A DNA stretch of 64,000 nucleotides from Styela clava (Eukaryota): the NCBI RefSeq assembly GCF_964204865.1, contig NC_135263.1, forward strand, positions 8,556,001 to 8,620,000. Direction: 5' to 3'. The first letter of the stretch is position 1. The number at the start of each line of letters is the position of its first letter. The notes under the pieces were generated by a model, which saw only the letters and a list, made by a program, of their open reading frames with translations, searched no databases and was not told the origin of the DNA. The translations under genes and the position numbers were made by a program. This document shows positions 13,701-26,137 of this stretch, piece by piece.

Positions 13701-16700
13701 ATTTAGTTGCTCCTGAAGTATGCGCACCAAGATGTCGCATAACCTGAAGCCTAACCTGGTACACAACCTGAGTTCAGGTTGTGCGCCATCTTTGTGCGCA
13801 TACTTCAACAGGTCCAAAATTTATATCAACGAAGTTACACAGTGGTGAACTATAAAGTATGATAAGTATAATTGAATATGGAAAAGCATTAAAAATATTA
13901 ACAATTTTGAATATTCATGACGATGACACTCAACACCAATAGTTAATGTTTTAATATAAACTGGTAGTCATCAGGGAAAACTCAATTGTCTTACGAGTAA
14001 CAGCCCGACTATATCTTATTATTTGATTGAGATAAAAATATAAATCTGTTTGGAATCACATTTTGAAGTAGTGTAGAAAAACAATATAATGTATTTATTA
14101 AACATACCATTTATTCTTCTCCTCTGACCCCTGAAAAAATGAGAGGTATATAGAGAAAAAAGTTTTAATAGACAATGCTGGGCTTTGTTTATAAAACTGA
14201 TGTCACAAAGGAATGTCTCCTTTTTGTAAAGTCCAGTTTGAGTAAATGCAAAGTTGATAAAGATGCAGCATTGTTTGCAGCTGCAGCATTTTAATTCTTA
14301 GTGAAAACAAATGCTGTCTTAATGGTCTTCACCATTCAGAATACTTTTATTCCGAATTGAAAAAAGAGTGAGACATGATAAAGAGGTGAAACAGCAACCA
14401 AGAAAATTGCTGTGATAAATTCTTGAATTAAGTAATGCAAGAACAATCATGTAACACACAAGAATTTGACAACCAATAATTCAGTAATATTTTCTGCTTA
14501 CAGCCTGTGTTTCAATGTTGAAATTAGACTCCATCAACGTGAGTCGCAGAAAAAAAATTTACTGTGATTTAGCTGTACCGTTACTAAGTCATTCATAGCA
14601 TTGAATATATTAACAATATTCTCATATATGATGATTCACTTTATTGTTTATGTTGTTTTCAAATCATTCTATATAGAATATGTGATTTTTTAGTTCAATT
14701 GAAATTTTGTTGAGTGATAATTACACAGATAATAAAGACAAACTTCATAATTATACAAAAAAACTTACCTGACTTCCTCCAAGCATCTTTATAATTCTGT
14801 CTTTTTCCTGCAATTGCGCATCATAACTTGTGAATAGCGGACTCAAGTATTCAACTTCAGTCTGAAAAAAAAGTCAGTTCATAAATTTACAAACTTATCT
14901 TTACGATTAATTATATAAATTTAATGGGTTAACAAAATGTCTGCATCTGAATACCAATTTAAAAAAAAACAATCGTTGCAATGATCAACAGGTTCATTAT
15001 TCACTTTTATTTATTTATCACAATAATATAATTTGAATAGATTAATCAATATTGTCTATAACACGGGTGTGCAACCTTTAATACAGGTGAGCCATATACA
15101 AACAACTGAGTAAACCGCGAGCCACGCCCTTTTCAACAGGCTTTCTAGTAGTTGCAAACACAAAAATTCTGGTTATTGATCTTACGACATGTGCTGTTCG
15201 CTTCGCACAAGCTAGCTGTTAGGGCATTGTTACATCATAGGCATAGATAATAAATTGGACTGAGGTGTAGGATTTGCAACGAAATAGGATTGAAATTACT
15301 CGCATGTACCAGTTCAAACTAAATTAAAAACTCGTTTTACGGGCACGTTTTCCAAAACTGGCTCTTCCGCGTGGGCCGCACAATTTTTCCTTGTGGGCCG
15401 CATTTGGCCCGCGGGCAGTAGGTTTCACTCCCTTGGTCTATAATGAATGCAAAGGTTGACATGACTTATGTAAAGTGCATTTCAAATGTCAAATATCTAC
15501 TATATACAGATAGATCAATACTAACAAAGCATATTAGAAACTTTTGATTGGTACTTAGCGCAGCAATGTTGAAATATTCATAGCCTATCTGGAGTAGTAG
15601 CAAAATAAAGATTTTTTGTAGTTCTGATTTTCTTCTAATTCTACTGTTGAGCAATGTTTTATTGACTCCAAAAAAGAGAGAGGTTTGCATGTTCCCATAC
15701 CAGCCATTTTGGTTTTTGTTCCAACCCATCAGAAAGTGAGCGTCTTGATTTAGGTTTGCCAGGTAGTTCTCCATATTTTTCTTGAAACTTATGTAGTTCA
15801 GTATTAAGTCGTTCAACAGTTCCTCGTAGAATATCATTTTCATTCAAGATTTCTTCAACTTTAGTTCTAGGAGATCCTTGTTTCCCTGAAAACATGTAGT
15901 AATAAAATATACCCATTATATTTCACAGTCTAATCACAAATGATCAACAGTTCTATCACGTTTAAAAATATTTTTATTTTTCTATGTTACAGCAGTTTAA
16001 ATTTTAAAATATCTTTAAATTGTTAGACTATCTGTATTTTGAAAAGACATCTTAAAGGTGGAATGCTTCTACACCACCACTTTAAACAAGGATCCGAACA
16101 TGTGACAAACTTATTTATAGCCCGATGTATGAAATGACTGTATAATGGCTATAAAAAAGTGATATAAAATTTATGTGAAGTAAGAATATACAACAAACCT
16201 GCACGTTTTAAAGCTTCTGACAATGCATGCAGATTTTTGTTTTGTTCAACAAGTGCCGAATTTTTCTTGATTAATCTGTTGTTTTCATCCATCAATGCTT
16301 GATTATCAACATCTAATTCATCCAGATCATAAGATATCTCAGAACTTCTGTGACCTAACAATAGATCAGAAGAGAAATATTTATATAGACACTTCATATC
16401 TTAATTTACCTGCATATATATCGGATGTATTTCTCAATAACTGTAATTTTGGTAATTATCAGTATATATTCCTGTTACAGACGGTCAAAGCGATCTCCAC
16501 CTGGACCAAGGGCCATTCCAAGCAAAAGTTGAATTCCATCAATGTTTTAAAAAGTGTAGTGAAATTATTTTTTTTTTACTTTTGATATCAAAAGACATTG
16601 GAATTTTATTGGACTGCATTCATTTCATTGAACAATTTAAAATTTCACCCAGGTTTTTGATGGTTTTTAAAAAATGGCCTGAAATGTATAAATTTTGGTA

Positions 16701-19700
16701 TAATTGACATATTTTGTGATGATTCCTGACACAAAGTGTTTGATTGTGTGGTACAGTTATTTCATATGGAATTGACGCACTGGATTTAAGTTAATAAAGT
16801 TTAAATGTTTGCAGTGCTGTAGAACATTTTTTCACCCATTTAACGATTTATTACCAGAATTTTAAGAGATGATAGATGCTGCTATTCCGAAGTGGAAAAA
16901 TGTCCTGTAGTGTCACATACAATATGCACATTATTGGCATGGATTTACAGTGTTACATTAAGTAACTTGAGCAACACATAGAGGGGTAGTTCAGCTACTG
17001 CACCAGAAAATATTATGAGCTCCTACTGTACCATCGCGAAAATTTACAGCACAACACAACGTACTGTTAGTGCATGGTGGATTTGCCGTCCTGTAGTGTC
17101 ACGCTATATTTTACTATATTTTTTTTATCTACCAAGTAAGGTTGGGTGTAACTTTTGTGCAATTTTTTACATATTCAATAAAGCAACTGATTGGACAATG
17201 AAACAAAACATGTAGCTGAAAATGTGAAAAATATATTGAATCTAACAACATGCAAAATTTCTGGAATTGTCCCGTAGTGTCACTTGGAATAGCCCCAAAG
17301 AGGAATACTGTTCTAGGTGTGATTCCATTTCTTACCCGAAGACCAGAAATCAAGTTTCACGAGTGGGCTAATAAATATGGACCAATCATATCAGTCCAAG
17401 TTGGTAGAGAAAATTGAACTGTTCTTAATTCATATGAAGCGGTAATGGAAGTTAGGGTTCGTCAAGGACAAAAGTTCAGCGAGCGACCACAAAATTACGT
17501 CATTCAGCAAATATTCATAAACAGAGGATTTGTTTTTGTTGGTGGTGAATCCTGGCAGACAATAAGAAAATTTGGTAATTCTGTTTTCCGGGCTCTTGGA
17601 GTTGGCAAAAGAACATACGAAAAGATAATTCTAAATGAAATGGATGTTTGGCTAGAGAAGTTGAATGCTATGCGAAGTAAGCCGCATTGTTTTGATTTGG
17701 ATATTTTAAAACTGTTTTGCAATATAACGTGTCAAATTAGTCTTGGAAAGAAATACGATAACAATGATAAAATATTCAAGTACACAGCAACAAATGTGAC
17801 AGCAGATCCATGGAAAGGGATGTTACTCAATGCGGGAATGATACTACCATTTCTGAGGATTTTACCCCCAGTTAAAGCCACTTTGAATCAAGTTCGAGAT
17901 GACATGCATGAACTTATTGACTACATAGGTGAAGAAATAAATGACATAGAGTCAGTAGCCGATCCAAATGAAGTGGAAAATGTAGCTCAAGCATTTTTTA
18001 AAGTAAAAAGAGAAGAAATTGAGAGTGTGATCGGAGTTGACGAGCCTTCTCTATCAAACCGAGATTCAATGCACTATACACAAGCTTTTATTCATGAAAT
18101 TTTTTCGATATTGCACTATTTTGCCTTTGGCTATTCCACACATTGCCTCAGAAGACAGAGCAATTAATGAATTCTTCATTGGTAGAGGTACAAAAGTTAT
18201 ACCCAATATTTGGAGCATACATAATGATCCAGCAACTTTTAAAGAACCACAAAAATTCCACCCAGAGCGTTTTTTAGATGAGGAAAAGCAATTTACAAAA
18301 CCAAAGATCAAAAATATAGTACCAAATTTGTACCAAGGAATGAAATGAATAGCACGCAGAGCTCATAACCAAATAGGAAAAAAAGAAGCTATACAAGAGG
18401 ATGCATTATATGGGCTCAATTATAAGCCAAACCGAGACAGAGAAATTGAAGTCTATTTTTCGCCAAACTTGAATTGTTCATGATTGTTAATAGTAAAACG
18501 TCATTCTCTACCTCATATAGTGTAACTTTGAACAGGACTTTTTGCGTCATTTTAAGAAGGCGACCCATATATTACATTATGCTTCCCCAATTTGAAGTAT
18601 TCCACAGAATTTCGTTTTTGAGTAAAGTCACTATCTGATTCACAGATAGTTTTTTAAAATTGGTTATTTTTAAGTTCTAAACCTACCGTACCTTATGCTT
18701 GTAGCATAGCCTAAATTGTTTGCGTAATTTTATGATCTTGGGTAAATGTTAATAATGATAGTAATTATTGAATATTCACTGCATTACAAAAGCAAGGTAT
18801 ATGCCGGTATTCATCTTTCAATACATCTTTCATCATGAATATTATTCAGTTTAATAGTATTTTAAATATCAAATGAACTAAACTTGATCATGTTACACCA
18901 TAATACTTTCTCGCTAATTCAAAATTATAATTGATCTTACTTCGGCGCAATGAGTCTTCATGTTGCCTTGTCATGACTTCTCGAACCATTTCTCTCGTTT
19001 CATCGTTTTGCATTTGCATTTTTTCTTCCAGTCTACGTTGCTTATCTTCAAGTTCATATCCTAGCTGTTCAACATCAGCTTTGCCAATAGAAGGATCAGC
19101 TCTCTTCTGCGGAGCGAATATGAAAGCATATAAAATAAACCTACTCAGTGTTATAACTACTACACTATCTACATTTGTTTTGACTATATATTATCATATT
19201 GTTTAAAATGTTAATATTATTGTATTTTTACTGATATCATGTTTGATATTAGTAATAATACACTGATGCCCTATTGAAATACTTGAATTACTATTATTTA
19301 CCGAGAGCTGTGTATCAATGATACATACTATGTATGGAATAAGAGACAATACCTGCTTATCTCTGGGTGATCCCTTTTTTTGAGTATCTGCAACATCGCC
19401 TGATGATTTCTGATATTAGAAAGAAAAAAATACTTTGTGACAGGTTTAAAATGTCTTGATGAATCACTGTCAAATAATTCTTAATTCAAAGTTTGTATAA
19501 AGAACAAGATGGATAGGAATAGCAATATGCCAACCTTTTCACATATACAAGCATGGCCCTTGATAAGATATCAGAGTATGTTTTATATAAAGACCCTACC
19601 AACTTGATACACCTTAAATGAATTGATCAATGCTCTGGCCCAGAATCGCACGCTAGCCGACAATTCTAGCACTGATAAGCCAAATAATAGGCTAAGAATC

Positions 19701-22700
19701 CACAAATAGTTTATCTATACATTATGTTAATTGCAAATCTTTGTTATGCTTTCCTAAAACCTTTATTCAATAAAGTTACGAAAAATCAATAATACTCACT
19801 CCTTTACGACTCCGTGCATAAATATCTTCATGTCTGCCTTGCATTCTGTCTTGTGCTATTTGAAAAGAAAATACAATCTTTATCAGTTCATGGTAGAACA
19901 GAAACAATCCAAGCATGCATTCCTCCACGTAGACAAGTATATTTCTCTCAAATAAATGTCATTGCCTTAGAACCAACCACAATGGTGTGCATTCATGCAT
20001 GGCATTTATTTTACGAAGTGTCAGGATATAAGATATCACTGTAACATGATACCATTGCAAGGATTGAAAATGAAAGATTTTAGTGAGAGCATGATCAATT
20101 CAACAGTGAAAGTTTAAAACTCTTGTTATTTAGTATTGATAAAATTATTATTGTGCACTTTTCTACTACTGACGATAATGTATACGATGGATTGAATGAT
20201 GATTTCCTATTTATCATGGAAATCCAATAAAGTTGCTCATTCATATAGCAAGCCACAGCCCCTCGTTCGGTTACTAGTTGAAAGGTTGTTTTGTTATTTG
20301 TTACTAGTTCAAAATCTGAAAAATTTTTACAAATGAAAACCAAATGCAAGCTAAATGATCGACTGACTGACTACAGAATTTGAAGTCTACAGCTATATGC
20401 AAATATACTTTACCTGCTGATTGAACAACTTGAGCTTCAACTACCATGTCCCTTCCACCGTCGTTATCTCGTCTTCTTGACCTTCCTCGTGTGGCAATTG
20501 AAGCATATCCTCCCTCATAGTCCTAAGAAGATCCAACATAAGAAATATTGTATGAATTACACACAAAGCAGTTATAAGCCGTTTAAAAAAGTGCAACCTC
20601 TTTAATAAAGATAATTACTTTCATGGTACTCCTTTTTTTTTAATTTCCAAATTAAATATAAATAATCCAAACACTGCTGTTGTAAAGGTATACAATAATT
20701 CCATGAAAGTGTTGTCAGACAATTTCATTGCCATTAGGGTACTGTATTAACTGGGATGCATGTGTGTGGTGAAATAACAGAGCAGTCAATGCTGTGGTAG
20801 ATTTTGATATTCAGTAAAAAGCTGATATGGCAGTTTAATAGTATGGTGGACCCCAACCTCTTGTTTGATGTAGGGTATGGAAATATTTGTATCAGTTCCG
20901 CCATGATTGCTCGGCAGTAACATGAACCATCCTATCACAAAGCCAGGTAGTAACATTTTACAGATTCTACTAGCTATAGCACTTTGATCATTGCAGTTAT
21001 TTAAACCCAAATCAACTTACCATTGAAACATCTGGAATCTGAGAACTACGATCTGGTGAACTTCTTGCACTTGATGATTCAGCAAAACTTAAACCAACTG
21101 CTCTCGCTAATAATTAAAATGATATTGCATATATTATTCTAATGAAAGCACTATGTCAAATTACCTACTATAAACTTCTAAAAAAAAATAAAATTTTCGA
21201 AAGCAGCTCAAGTATTCCATATCCATAAATGAAGACTTGTTTTTAAAAAGCCATAAATAAATTGCTGTTCTAAAATAGGTATATTTCACTTTGCGGCATA
21301 TCATAGAATTTATTATATTCATCAGCCATAGTTTTCTCATGTGAAACATTCAATCACTATATCCACTTCAATCCATAGAGATTTTGTGTAGAGATCCAAT
21401 AGTACTTTTGCTTCTGGTACCACCAAGCTTCTACAAGGATATCACCATAATCTGAATGCTATAAATTTATTTTTATTACTTTGTCTGAGCTTACCTGTCC
21501 TGTTGATTCCCATTAATACCGGGAGAATTGGTGAAGGACTCGGCGTCTTCTTCCGTTTCTTCCAAAACTTCATACTTCTTGATGGAGTAGGAGGAGTTGG
21601 TGGCGGAGTATTTGGAACAGCTGCAAAAGCAACAGGAGGGACTAAAGCAGTTCCAATATGATCCTAGAAAATAAAATGAAATCAATAAATTAAGGTTTTC
21701 CTAATTAACTATTACTAGTATATTCAGGATGCATATTTAGCATGAACAAGGAAGCTTCCAGGTTAAACAAGCACCAGACCATAATCTTCAAAAAAGACAA
21801 GCAGAAATCCACCATTATTCATACACATGACAAGCATTTTGCATAGAATTTCACTTACACTACAATTTATTTTGACATTCGGAAAACATTAAACCAATTG
21901 TAAATAGGGCCCGACCGATACTGCCTCATAAAACCGATGCCGATAGTTTTCGAAAACTAGGCAGATATGCCGATACCAATGTTTCCTAACTTGAAAAGAT
22001 GGCTACAAGTAACAAGCAAGACTCTGAGAATGCTGTGTTTTTCTTGCAAAAGAAATAAATTCTATAACAAAATGTTAAACTCATGCAATGATGACAAAAA
22101 ATTGCATAAAAAGTACATTTACACCTTTCTTTGTGCATCACTGAGGTGATTTTCAACGCCTTATGTTAGAAATTATCAGTGTTAAAGCTCTACGATTTAC
22201 TGGTGTTTTTTTTTTAATCAGCGAAACCTTTTGACCTAATAATGATGTGATGAGCATATTTTACGAATTACACCATCATTATGGCACACGAAGTATTCCC
22301 TTACTTTTCCTTACCGCTAGAACCAGCCATCTATAACATCAATACAAGAAGTTCAATCGTGCCTTGAACGACTAAAGCGCAAGGAAAATTCAGAGCTTTG
22401 ATGGCCAATGGTTGACTTGATTCTAATTGTTGTAATACTGTAATAAGAGTTTTGTTGTGGTGCAACAATTTAGAGCAAGGGAAATCTGCTTTTAAATTAC
22501 TTTATATTTACAAAATTTACTATAGTTACATGAAATAAAAACTTGAAGCACAAAAATAATCAACATTTTCTTTTCAAAACATTTGATATCATTTTTAAAC
22601 TGACACTTGAGTTGTCAAGGTTCGTTGTATGATAAGCCTTTAGGCTACTGCCTCTAAAACAAATTTGAATACTCATATCTCATCTGTTAACAGAGTTCTC

Positions 22701-23874
22701 CGTGAATGTTTACCACTACAGGCATTACTAAGGTCAGAATCAGAAGAGCAGGACGTTACCGTACCTGTACCTACCAAGCATTTCATATGGCAGTATGGCA
22801 GAATTCAGTACCGGTAGTAGCCATGTCCTACCAACCCCTAAACTCAGTTGATAGGATTACCGGTATAGCAAAACAGTGATATAGTCAACAGCCGAAAACA
22901 GGTCTGTCTAAAGGGTCTCATGTAGTTTCGTACCTAACATACTTCTAGTGGACGTAGCATGACAATTTTTTCACGTATCAATCCTAACCCCCACCTGACT
23001 ACACCATTCAAAAATTACGTCATTACGACATCACAGTGACGTAATAGAGCCTTTCAAACTATATGAACTGCCATCCAAGACGTGCAAACGAGCACCCAAA
23101 ATCGAACAGTTATTTCTCTCGTTTTCTCGTCGCAACGATTCCAATAGGAGAGAGATCGGATAACGTCAGTCAGTTCTTTATCGTGGGCGCTAATCCTATT
23201 TTGGGCGATCATACTATATTTGGCAAGCTCTATGACGAGATTGTGATGTCGTAGTGATGTAATTTTTGGATGGCGTAGTCAGATGGGGGTTAGGATTGAC
23301 ATATCAAAAAATTATTATGCTACGTCCACTAGAAGTACGTCAGGTGGCGCGGCGGTGTGGCTCAGGCGCGGCGGTGTGGCTCAACAGGCTAAGCGTTAGG
23401 AATACGCTCGCCACCGCACCTCTAATCACTCTGCGTGGGTTCGCAGGTTCGAATCTCATGCAGGGATGGTTATGTGCGAGAAGATTGCTGGTCTCCTCGC
23501 CGTCGTTGGGTGGTTCACAGAACCGCTGGTCGGTTACGGCTTCCTCCACCACCAAGTCCATGCTTCCGAAAACAAACAATACAGTACTGCAGTAAAACTA
23601 ATCCCATACCCGACTTGGAATGGTAACCGGACGAGAGGCCGTGGTTCGCCATATGGATAAGCCGTCTTATCGGCTTTCCTCTCCCCCGGGATAAATATGT
23701 AAATCCTATCCTATCCTAGGTACGAAACTGCACGAGACCCTATCTAGATAGTAATCTACATGAAATCAATACATGCCGCTACCGGTCGTCTAAAACTCTA
23801 AAAGATACGAGCAAATGATTCAGTATTTACCAGAAACTTACCAGAGATTTCGTTTTTTTATTACGTTGCGACAT
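10758..23874 (-). CDS. CEP89: Centrosomal protein of 89 kDa (CCDC123), distal appendage coiled-coil protein, 18 coding exons
   Basis: Phase-consistent exons 23842-23874, 21495-21663, 21021-21106, 20414-20522, 19800-19855, 19353-19409, 18941-19106, 16199-16354, 15701-15885, 14769-14861, 14108-14130, ~13546-13662, 12795-12975, 12493-12556, 12295-12398, 11751-11982, 11353-11522, 10758-10854. Motifs: HIGTALVPPVAFAAVPNTPPP, KPKWLTEVEYLSPLFTSYD, and C-terminal MENELENVWQAATSENRRI, all resembling CEP89. Confidence 0.88.
11000..11232 (+). mobile_element. Old, internally deleted copy of the tRNA-derived SINE in the last CEP89 intron
   Basis: GCACCTCTAATTAC..GCGTGG, TCCACCATCAAGTCC and CCATACTCGACATGGACTGGTAACCAGATGAGAGGCTGTG...GGATAAATA align with the 23343-23718 SINE. 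Confidence 0.65.
13709..13812. mobile_element. Short hairpin (foldback) MITE, ~100 bp
   Basis: TGAAGTATGCGCACCAAGATGTCGCATAACCTGAA ... TTCAGGTTGTGCGCCATCTTTGTGCGCATACTTCA inverted arms. Related ends at 62607-62802. Confidence 0.7.
15062..15435. mobile_element. Non-autonomous hAT (Charlie-like) MITE in a CEP89 intron
   Basis: Degenerate TIRs CACGGGTGTGCAACC ... GGTTTCACTCCCTTG, subterminal GGCCCGCGGGC, and perfect 8-bp TSD GTCTATAA (15054-15061 / 15436-15443). Confidence 0.85.
17290..18590 (+). pseudogene. Intronless cytochrome P450 (CYP2-clan) pseudogene nested antisense in CEP89 intron 16355-18940
   Basis: LGVIPFL..EWANKYGPIISVQVG, WQTIRKF (WxxxR), YTQAFIHEIFRY (ExxR), PLAIPH, FHPERFLDE (PERF) and a downstream FAKLELFMIV remnant. 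Disabled by TGA at 17415-17417, a +1 T at ~18100, deletion of the I-helix at ~18000, and loss of the FxxGxRxC heme loop. Confidence 0.88.
22913..23740. mobile_element. MITE family B copy in CEP89 intron 1, with a SINE inserted in its right TIR
   Basis: Starts GGGTCTCATGTAGTTTCGTACC and ends GGTACGAAACTGCACGAGACCC. The right arm is interrupted at ~23342-23718 by the SINE. Confidence 0.85.
23343..23718 (+). mobile_element. tRNA-derived SINE (~370 bp) with (ATCCT)n tail
   Basis: A-box-like TGGCTCAACAGG, B-box GGTTCGAATC and tail AATCCTATCCTATCCT. Near-identical inverted copy at 61695-62046. The 19-bp head segment GGCGCGGCGGTGTGGCTCA is tandemly duplicated in this copy. Confidence 0.88.
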
Positions 23875-24079
23875 ACTTCAATACTTTTTATGACATAATA
23901 TTCATTTCATTGCGAAAAAAAGTTTTGCGAAAGAAGCGAAATATCGAAACTTACGAATGCATAGCTAAATCAAAGCCGGCGAACAAGCCTGTTGACGTAT
24001 GTTGCTCAGTTACGAACACACAAGCAATTCTAAATCAAGCGGTTGCTTAGAAAAAAATCATGGTTACGGTCTCCCGAAC

Positions 24080-24340
24080 ATTGACTTTTTTGTTTACTTC
24101 CGTAACATTGGCTAATCAGCAAGATGCCTAAATTGACGTAACAATAGACATACTGCAACTGCTTAGACACTTTTTTCATTCGGCCAAGTTTTCAGACATG
24201 GTTGTAAACATTACCTCGTTTTTGCATGTTATTTGTTTTCGGAAATGCATGAATCAAATTACTCAATAATCATTTTGTTTTCCTAGGAGTTGTAGTTCAA
24301 TTGCAGTAGTCGAAAATTACTCCAGGAATAGCTATGGTAG
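24080..24340. mobile_element. Diverged partial copy of MITE family A in the CEP89/PGAM divergent interval
   Basis: TTGTTTACTTCCGTAACATTGGCTAATCAGCAAGATG...TTGACGTAACAAT...GGTTGTAAACATTACCTCGTTTT...TTCCTAGGAGTT...TTGCAGTA aligns with 7730-8010. Confidence 0.7.
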
Positions 24341-25632
24341 AGGGAGAGAGAGAACCAGAAAACAAGCAATGGTGCACTTTTAAAGAACATGTTGTTGAAT
24401 GTTTTGAATAAAAAGATGATTCAAGCATTCAAGGATCAAAATTCGCGAAATCACTCTAAAAATGAAAATTTGCAAAGAAAGAATTTTCTTGGGATTAAAG
24501 GCCATGAAAACCTCCAATGGATGCACAAATTCGAAACAAACAGATACAGCTGTACAGTCGATTATGACATAATAATGACATAATAAATATTGGCGTTATA
24601 TATAATTTATTGCGCGAGGTTGTGAGCTTGTGACCATGCAGCTTCCAACAATTCCGAATCTGAAGTGTTTTCCAATACTTCGAATAAAAATTGAATGGTA
24701 ATACGTAGTCCATATTTCTCTTTCTCTTCATATCCTCCTTATGAATATGTTAAATCTTATATACTGTCGAATTGAGGCCAGTTGGTATATGCCTTGCTCC
24801 TACATGATGAAAAGGTGCGAACGCCGCGAAGGTGAAACAGCGGAATGCAGACAAGGACGTGACTTTTTGCACGTTGAATGTTGGCACGTTTAGCTATAGG
24901 TCGCGCTTGTCTTAGTACTTAAGTCAGGCGGAAATTGATCGTCAAGACTAGTTCGATCGTATTGTCGCGAAGGTATACTGTAACTTGATAATTATAAACT
25001 AGTATATCTATATCAGTGTGTAATAATATAGATTAGTAGATTGTGTACCGGTAATCGTGTAATTTGATTCGCTGATTCGATTCATGTCTCATGGGAAATT
25101 CCCCTGCTTTCAAAGGAAGGGCGAGGCTAACTGTTAATGACAGTAGGTAGTACCGAAAATGAAAGACCTTCAAATAATTTAAAGTGTTTTCTCTCTAAAA
25201 ACCTTTGATAAACAAATAAAAATGTAACTTTGTGATTGATTGTAATGTCTGAATGTTGAGTTAACTATCTACATATCTACCAGTAACTACATTTATTTAC
25301 GATTATTCTGGTATTGGGGTCTGATAATTCTAAAACTCTATTCTGCCATTAGATTTCTTCATAGTCCCTTAAACTGTCAAATCTTATTCAGATATTTAAT
25401 GCTAGATTTCCAGACTGTGCTTACACATCACATGCTTCAGTGCTTAGTATGCATGAATGATGAATCTTGTAAGTGTATAAATATTTCCAAGGTACAGTTA
25501 ATCTGTCTGTAATTGAATATAAAGGGATCTGTCATTCATTACAATAATATCATTTCTATTGTATCTAATAGCAGAATAGTCTCTATGCCAATTTACTTGA
25601 TTCTGTCATTTTTGGCTCATCATTGTATAGCG

Positions 25633-25955
25633 CAGTGGTTTCCAACCGGGGTTCTGCGGCACCCTAGGGTTCTGGCAGAAGAGCCCAGGGGTTTCGCAAG
25701 TTTCCATTGGGAACGAACAGTATAGTATTTATATCAAATACCTATTAGGTTTGCAATTCTTATAAACATGACACACTTTCAGAATCATTTTGCTTTACCA
25801 GTATTAGGTTTGATTATAATATGTTCATAGTTTATACAATTCAGACGATAATAAAAGTCATTCAAATTAAACTATTGTACAGGGGTTCCTCGAGCTACTG
25901 GAATGTTTCATTACACATTAGGGTTCTGTTCCATCCAAAAGATTGAAAACCACTG
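25633..25955. mobile_element. hAT-Charlie-like MITE upstream of the PGAM coding exon
   Basis: TIRs CAGTGGTTTCCAACC ... GATTGAAAACCACTG. Imperfect 8-bp TSD GTATAGCG/GTGTAGAG. Confidence 0.75.
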
Positions 25956-26137
25956 GTGTAGAGATAAAATCTACAACAATAGATCACGTCAGTAGATTAA
26001 GAAGGCTATGTCGAAAAATGTCTAGTGTCCTGTCATTTATTTCGCACAATTCCTTGACACACTTGGCTTGCTAATCATAATTTTTACAATGGGATGTTTC
26101 TCAATCTGTATTTTAGATAATACAAATAAGTTTAAGG

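Noticed and set aside
16902-17283. CRISPR-like repeat-spacer array
   Set aside because: Only three 15-bp repeats with ~170-bp spacers in a eukaryotic intron, with no cas genes. Kept only as a spaced repeat.
21330-21452. Possible extra CEP89 exon
   Set aside because: It would need a ~43-nt intron and reaches an in-frame stop. The flanking exons already join in phase.
21906-21980. TAGGGCCCGACCGATA with repeated CCGATA, resembling an hAT left end
   Set aside because: No matching right end or TSD found.
23343-23465. Possible tRNA gene or 7SL-like head (GGTGGCGCG)
   Set aside because: I could not form a cloverleaf, the sequence continues into a repeat body and tail, and the 7SL match is only ~10 nt.
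23266-23660. Several overlapping 63-109 aa ORFs here, and their counterparts at 61763-62083
   Set aside because: They are chance frames within the GC-richer SINE and MITE B.
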